Origin: Candidatus Jordarchaeia archaeon
GTDB lineage: Archaea; Asgardarchaeota; Jordiarchaeia; Jordiarchaeales; Jordiarchaeaceae
Direction of reading: 5' to 3'
DNA: 12,575 nucleotides
NCBI GenBank assembly: GCA_029856435.1
Contig: JAHQXB010000017.1
Location: forward strand, 1 to 12,575
Positions 7,621 through 12,575 of this stretch are shown one piece after another. Position 1 is the stretch's first letter. Each line of letters starts with the position of its first letter. Below the pieces are notes generated by a model that worked only from the letters and a program-made list of their open reading frames with translations, did not search any database and had not been told where the DNA came from. The position numbers were made by a program, and so were the translations under genes.

Positions 7621-8832
7621 TTATCCTCCATCATATGTTACATTTATACATCCAGGCCCTCTGCAGCCTACGACTCTGTAAACTGCTTCGATTTTGTCTT
7701 CTCGCGCGGCTTTGAGAAGTATTTCGACGACCTTTTCTAAATGTTCAATTCTGGTGTCTCTTCCTCCAAGACCCGTGGGGAATCCCATAACGTGTGGCCG
7801 GTTTCTAAGTTCGTATAACGCAGATCTTACTTCCATACTTAGGGCCCCGCCCATTGCTCCAAAACTAATGTTTCGGTCTATAACTCCCACGACTTTTATA
7901 TCTTTTAAGGCCTCTTGTAGATCATCTTTCGGGAAGGGTCGGAACACACGGAGTTTTACTAAGCCCACTTTTTTTCCGCTTTTTCGTAGTTTGTATACTG
8001 TCTCCTGAGCCGTCCCCGCCAGCGAACCTATAGCTAGTAATGCGACTTCTGCGTCTTCCATTTGATATGACGAAATAATTTCATAATTTGTGTTGAATCT
8101 GTTATTAAAATCATCAAAGACCTCTTGGATAATTTTTAGGGAATTTTGTGTGGCTACTTCTTGTTGCACTTTGATTTCAGGATAGTATTCAGGCACTCCA
8201 ACACAACCAACCGTAACTGGTTTTTCCACACTTATTGGAAACTGCATTTTTCGAGGGGGTAGGAAATCGTCTATGTCTTTTTGTTCTAGGAGTTCTACTC
8301 CCTCGGTTGCATGACTCACAACAAAGCCATCGTGACAGGACATCACGGGCAGCTGAACATCTTTATCCTCTGCTATTTTGAATGCTTGCATAATAGTGTG
8401 ATATGATTCTTGGGCGTTTTGGTTGTAGATTTGTATCCATCCCGAGTCTCTGACCCCCATAGTGTCACTCATATCATTCCAGATGTTTAGGGGGCTATTA
8501 AGTGCCCTATTAGATACTGCCATGACTATTGGTAGTCTAAAGGAAGAGGCAACAAATAACATTTCGAACATGAGAGCAATACCTTGGGAGGCTGAGGCGG
8601 TGAATACCCTAGCACCAGAGAGAGAGGCTCCGATACATGCAGCCATCGCGGAATGTTCGGATTCTGCAGCTATGAGTTCAGCGTCGATTTCGCCATCGGC
8701 GTAAAACTGTGCTAGTTCTTCGACAATTTGTGTTTGGGGAGTTATAGGATACATAGCTATTACATCTGGGTTACACTGTTTTACCGCGTGTGCCACAGCC
8801 TCATTGCCAGTTAATGCGACAAGTTTTCCCAT
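7621..8832 (-). CDS. porA: Pyruvate:ferredoxin oxidoreductase-like alpha subunit, 403 aa, uninterrupted
   Basis: GNEAVAHA, intact [28 protein letters not shown] and GLGGRD. Confidence 0.93.
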   Translation of the reverse strand: MGKLVALTGNEAVAHAVKQCNPDVIAMYPITPQTQIVEELAQFYADGEIDAELIAAESEHSAMAACIGASLSGARVFTASASQGIALMFEMLFVASSFRLPIVMAVSNRALNSPLNIWNDMSDTMGVRDSGWIQIYNQNAQESYHTIMQAFKIAEDKDVQLPVMSCHDGFVVSHATEGVELLEQKDIDDFLPPRKMQFPISVEKPVTVGCVGVPEYYPEIKVQQEVATQNSLKIIQEVFDDFNNRFNTNYEIISSYQMEDAEVALLAIGSLAGTAQETVYKLRKSGKKVGLVKLRVFRPFPKDDLQEALKDIKVVGVIDRNISFGAMGGALSMEVRSALYELRNRPHVMGFPTGLGGRDTRIEHLEKVVEILLKAAREDKIEAVYRVVGCRGPGCINVTYDGG

Positions 8833-8833
8833 T

Positions 8834-9124
8834 CTACTCTTCCTCCATTTCTATTGCTTTTGCAGGACACTCCTTTGAGCATATTCCGCACCCTTTACAG
8901 TAAAAGTAATTAATTTTTACTCCTTTTTCTTCTCTTTCTATTGCTCCTTCAGGGCAGTAAATCCAGCATAGGAGACAGTTGTTGCATTTGCCTTCTTTTA
9001 TTACTGGTTTTTTTCCTTCTCTCCAGTCACCGGTTCTGTATTCCCTAGCGTTGCCCGGTTCAGTAATGTATCCTCCTATGGGGAGTTCATTCCAAGCTAA
9101 GAGTTTCTTTTTGGATTTACTCAA
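8834..9124 (-). CDS. porD: Pyruvate:ferredoxin oxidoreductase-like delta subunit (2x[4Fe-4S]), 96 aa
   Basis: TGDWR..KP, CNNCLLCWIYCP and CKGCGICSKECP. TTG start after GGAGGT overlaps the porG stop (TTGA). Confidence 0.93.
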   Translation of the reverse strand: MSKSKKKLLAWNELPIGGYITEPGNAREYRTGDWREGKKPVIKEGKCNNCLLCWIYCPEGAIEREEKGVKINYFYCKGCGICSKECPAKAIEMEEE

Positions 9125-9678
9125 CTTATTTTAACCTCCTTGTATGCTCTCATTATCGCATCTATGTTTTTTTCTGCTAAATCTTGTTCGAACATTTCTC
9201 TAGTTATTTTGTTAATAGTATCTAAACTTACGACTCCGGTTGCTTTTGCTAAGGCTCCTAAGATTGGCGTATTGGTTATAGCTACACCTAGGGTTTCCAG
9301 AGCAATTTTGGTTGCGTTAACTGTTGCCACTTTGTTATTAACTTTTAACTCAGATTTTAATTCGTCTGGGCTTCTATCGATGTTCACAATTATGATTCCG
9401 TCCTTCTTCAGTCCCTCCGTAACATTTTCAACCTTTATTAATGTTGGATCTAGTACAACGACGATATCTGGTTCGTAAATCTGAGATCTGCTGAGTATTG
9501 GTTTGTTACTTATCTTGGCGAATGCCTTTATTGGCGCCCCTTTTCTCTCTGCTCCGAATGCCGGGAACGACTGAACGTTTTTCCCTTCCTTTAAAGCAGC
9601 CTCTGCAACTAGTCTACTAGCGGTCACAACGCCTTGTCCTCCTCTTCCGTGGAATCTAATTTCTACAATATCCTTCAA
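9121..9678 (-). CDS. porG: Pyruvate:ferredoxin oxidoreductase-like gamma subunit, 185 aa
   Basis: EIRFHGRGGQGVVT, FGAERKGAP and NTPILGAL. TTG start after GGAGG. Confidence 0.93.
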   Translation of the reverse strand: MKDIVEIRFHGRGGQGVVTASRLVAEAALKEGKNVQSFPAFGAERKGAPIKAFAKISNKPILSRSQIYEPDIVVVLDPTLIKVENVTEGLKKDGIIIVNIDRSPDELKSELKVNNKVATVNATKIALETLGVAITNTPILGALAKATGVVSLDTINKITREMFEQDLAEKNIDAIMRAYKEVKIS

Positions 9679-9789
9679 AGGAAATCCTCCAAAATTTCTT
9701 TATGTTCATTCTTGGTGTTGTTTACTTGATAGTTAATGTTCCCTCGAGAGTGCTACTCTTCTCTAAGTGAATTAAAGGTGTGAGTTAAT

Positions 9790-9819
9790 AATTTGTTATG
9801 CTTAAAATTTGTTATGCTT
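9790..9819. repeat. Tandem direct repeat AATTTGTTATGCTT x2 (16-bp period) upstream of the por operon
   Basis: Identical 14-mers at 9790-9803 and 9806-9819. An inverted 11-nt copy GCATAACAAAT lies at 10203-10213. Confidence 0.7.
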
Positions 9820-10337
9820 GCAAAACGTATTTCATCCATACTTTAAAGCATTTTGCTTTTTGTTGCTGTGTTGTACAATTTTTATTTTTTAATTTCTTTA
9901 TACATTTGATGTATTTTTTAATTTTACATTGTTAATTTGAAAATTTTCAACAATTTAAGGAATAGATTTAAAAAAAGTAAAATTATGCAAAAAAAGCACT
10001 TTTTGTTATTTGCTACGAGGCTCAGAGAAAAACTAGCGTCTTACCTATAAACCGCAAAACTTCAGTTAGTTTTAAGTTCATTCAACATTTGTATATTAGG
10101 ATATATTCATAATTTAGAAATGTTGGAGGACGAATTATGGATTTCCTTCAGTAAATGCTCCCAAGGAGAGATGGGCTGCAGGAAAATGAGGGTAAAAAAT
10201 CCGCATAACAAATGAACTGCTTCTATCGACGATTTTTCACAAAACATTTCGAAACAGGAGGGTAAAACGTGGTTAATTGAATACTTTTGTAAGTTTTCTT
10301 AGAATCAGGTTGCTGTTTTTGCCTACGGTTTATCGCT

Positions 10338-12176
10338 TTATAAAATGAATAGTAAATATTGGAGTATTATATTCAGTAGGGCAGCTGAGACTAGTATTAT
10401 AAGTGATTTTTTTGCGGTTGAGACAGATTTTACTATTTGGGTTGTTAAGAGGGCCATTTGTTTTTCTCCAACGATTTTTATTTTTTCCACTTTTTTTATA
10501 TTGTAAGAGATTTTTACTGGTTTGAGGTTTGTAAGTGCTTCTTTTGTCATGTTGACTATCATTGTTATCAGTTTTTTGTGGTCTCCAATTTGGCCTACAG
10601 CTTGGTAGCCTTTAGGGTCTAGTGATACCGCGTTTACAATGTGGGTGTCGCTCGTCATCACTTCTGCTTCGTCGACTCCAATTTTTTTGACGCTGCCAAT
10701 TATCTTTTCTCTTAGTCCTGGAATCATGTTGTTTCCATCAATTATAATATATGCAGCTTTCTGCCCCTTGACTTCTACAACGTGAACTGTAACGCCGGCA
10801 GGCCCAATGCCCTCCCATTTGTGGAATTCGTCTGGCTTTGATTGAACTGCATGGGCTTTGATTTCTGTGCTCATTTTAGACTTTGCTTTTTTTACTGCCA
10901 TTTTGGCGGCGTAAACCATTTTTTTAGCGGTTTCGCTATTTGGTAAAATGGGGGTTACGACTTCACCGCCACAGTTGTGGGCGTCTATTAGAAAAGAGTC
11001 CTTAATTCCTTCGCTTATGGCCGCTTCTCTTACAAGTTCTCCTAGCTCAGGGCTTATATCATCAAAACTTATGGGGGATAGTGTGACTATTAGCAGTGCA
11101 AGGTCTCCGAAAATTTGGCAACTCATTTTTACTTCGTCTTCCTCGTAGGTAACAAATTGGCTTGCTTTTGATACGAAGTTGGATTGGTCTAAAGAATTCT
11201 CGATGGTTTTTAAAACCTTCTTGATTTCATTCGCGGTGACCAAATTTTGCCCGTGTGTTGAAGGCCCGTGAGCCACTGAAACTATGGCGCCAGTTTTTTC
11301 CTTCATCTCCTTCGCTATTATGTAAGGCATTTCACTACTGCCAACAGTTTTGAATGGTCCCGGATGAATGTTAGGAACCACAAGTACACTATTTAGAAGA
11401 TTCGAGTCTTTGAATAATAGTGTAAGCACCGGAAGGGAGGCTTCTTCCCCAATCTTTTCAAATTTTTCTTCCAGCACATAAGGTTTATTCTCTATCCAAT
11501 CCAAAAGAAAGCCGTATAAAAAGCCTACCCCACTCACCTTTAACATTTTAAGTATAGGTCTATCAACTAACCAGAGGTATGCTAATGCTGCGAAGCCGAA
11601 TACAATCGAAGTAATTGTGAACATTGTTAAAAGTTTTATAACTCCCAGTGAAAAGGTTAATTCCTGAAAAGGCAAAATGGCAATTATACAAAGGAGTGGT
11701 TGGGTTAGAGCTACCATTGAAGATCTAAAGGCGCTAAACTTGCTCATCGCATGGATTACCAAAAATCTTAACATAAATATGAAAGACGCCCCAAATACAA
11801 AAGCAACAGAAACAATGGTGATTCTATTTGCCAAAATAGAGGCTATAGCCCCTACGATGTAGGCTGTGCCTAAAAAAAGCATACAAATGGTGGATAATGC
11901 GTATAATCTTCTTCTGTCCCAAACACTTTCCTCACCCTTCATAATTGGACTCACTATCAAGGTCGACAAAACAATGGGAGTAAACAGCGCAGATACTCCC
12001 TGAATGAATCCTATTATCATGTTAGGTATTAAAGGCATAGAGAGGTAAATAATAAGCCTAATGGTAATACTAATGCATAGGGATGCTGCGAGAGAAAATA
12101 TCAATAATTTTTTCATGGTAGGTAGTCGAAATAGCCACCTGTAGAGCGAAGCAGTTTTTTCCATTTCTGTGCTCAT
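10338..12176 (-). CDS. DUF2070-family membrane protein (N-terminal multi-TM region, soluble His-rich putative hydrolase domain, C-terminal TM)
   Basis: Hydrophobic first ~200 aa. Motifs VPNIHPGPF, AHGPSTH, DAHN and SDTH. ATG at 12176 is better spaced from GGGTGG than the ORF-track TTG at 12182. Family assignment is from recall. Confidence 0.8.
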   Translation of the reverse strand: MSTEMEKTASLYRWLFRLPTMKKLLIFSLAASLCISITIRLIIYLSMPLIPNMIIGFIQGVSALFTPIVLSTLIVSPIMKGEESVWDRRRLYALSTICMLFLGTAYIVGAIASILANRITIVSVAFVFGASFIFMLRFLVIHAMSKFSAFRSSMVALTQPLLCIIAILPFQELTFSLGVIKLLTMFTITSIVFGFAALAYLWLVDRPILKMLKVSGVGFLYGFLLDWIENKPYVLEEKFEKIGEEASLPVLTLLFKDSNLLNSVLVVPNIHPGPFKTVGSSEMPYIIAKEMKEKTGAIVSVAHGPSTHGQNLVTANEIKKVLKTIENSLDQSNFVSKASQFVTYEEDEVKMSCQIFGDLALLIVTLSPISFDDISPELGELVREAAISEGIKDSFLIDAHNCGGEVVTPILPNSETAKKMVYAAKMAVKKAKSKMSTEIKAHAVQSKPDEFHKWEGIGPAGVTVHVVEVKGQKAAYIIIDGNNMIPGLREKIIGSVKKIGVDEAEVMTSDTHIVNAVSLDPKGYQAVGQIGDHKKLITMIVNMTKEALTNLKPVKISYNIKKVEKIKIVGEKQMALLTTQIVKSVSTAKKSLIILVSAALLNIILQYLLFIL

Positions 12177-12261
12177 TGTCAACCACCCTGAAGTTTAATG
12201 ATGAGAGAAGCGTGATTTTCTTTGTTCATTGGAATTAAAAGTGCTATTAAATTTTACCTAG

Positions 12262-12387
12262 CAGTACCTCGGTGATGTAGAATTGTTCGGTTTCGCCTCA
12301 AAGAGGGGGTGTTTATAGGGCTTCTTTCACGATTTGGAGCTTTATTAGGGAGATGGAGCCGAATAAATCTGCATCACCCAGTACCTC
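12262..12387 (+). repeat. 9-bp target-site duplication CAGTACCTC (12262-12270 and 12379-12387)
   Basis: Identical 9-mers directly abut both ends of the inverted-repeat element. Confidence 0.9.
12271..12378. mobile_element. 108-bp MITE with IS1-like terminal inverted repeats
   Basis: Left end GGTGATGTAGAATTGTTCGGTTTC (12271-12294). The right end read inward is GGTGATGCAGATTTATTCGGCTCC (12378-12355), 19/24 identical. Flanked exactly by a 9-bp direct repeat, with no internal ORF. Confidence 0.85.
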
Positions 12388-12496
12388 CGAATTGTTAATT
12401 GTATTTTTATTTTATTTTGGTTTTGCTTATGTTATAGGAAAAATTTAGAGGTGCTTCATCAGGGGAAATTCACCATTCTTGGAGGTTTAGAAAAAA

Positions 12497-12565
12497 ATGG
12501 TCAACAGAGTAGGCGGGGTTGTTATAAACAACCTCGCCATAATACTGGGTTCTCCCTTCCTATAG
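12497..12565 (+). CDS. Possible 22-aa ORF (MVNRVGGVVINNLAIILGSPFL), or the interrupted start of a longer gene
   Basis: GGAGGT at 12481-12486, ATG at 12497 and TAG at 12563-12565. No recognisable homology, and the window ends 10 nt later. Confidence 0.3.
   Translation: MVNRVGGVVINNLAIILGSPFL
12512..12538 (+). other. 12-bp stem-loop GGCGGGGTTGTT-ATA-AACAACCTCGCC
   Basis: 11 Watson-Crick pairs plus one G-U on the plus strand, which becomes an A-C mismatch on the minus strand. Confidence 0.7.
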
Positions 12566-12575
12566 CAAATTCCCG

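Noticed and set aside
10120-10280. Several tiny ORFs with GGAGG-like motifs in the por upstream region
   Set aside because: All are 31 codons or fewer, broken by stops and without homology cues. A decayed gene cannot be excluded or supported.
859-11862. Short ORF-track entries overlapping the main genes (e.g. 859-1050, 2519-2842, 3931-4476, 7694-8008, 9140-9478, 10948-11148)
   Set aside because: They are antisense or alternate-frame shadows of well-supported genes, with no recognisable motifs.
12497-12560. Second BHB intron around the 12512-12538 hairpin
   Set aside because: No register gave a 4-bp central helix with 3-nt bulges on opposite strands, and removing the hairpin does not remove the TAG.
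1-12575. CRISPR array, tRNA or rRNA
   Set aside because: No regularly spaced repeats, cloverleaf or rRNA-like conserved segments were seen.

Overview
Archaeal, AT-rich, central-metabolism locus; the lineage cannot be assigned from this window. It holds, in order: a coupled YqgF-like RNase H-fold protein / Clp1-Grc3-type polynucleotide kinase pair; a VOR-like 2-oxoacid:ferredoxin oxidoreductase set (gamma-delta fusion plus alpha on the minus strand, beta divergent on the plus strand); Alba; a complete POR-like gamma-delta-alpha-beta operon on the minus strand; and a DUF2070 membrane protein. Main result: the first alpha gene, which the ORF track truncates to 367 aa, starts at 3744/3741. A 33-nt insert with an in-frame TGA (3621-3653) interrupts it inside the invariant YPITP loop. 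The insert and its flanks fold into a canonical bulge-helix-bulge (BHB) motif, and cutting at the standard positions restores YPITPQT exactly. This points to an endonuclease-spliced archaeal mRNA intron in a metabolic gene. Second result: a 108-bp MITE (12271-12378) with 24-bp IS1-like GGTGATG ends and a perfect 9-bp target-site duplication. All folding and family assignments were done by eye or from recall, not computed.
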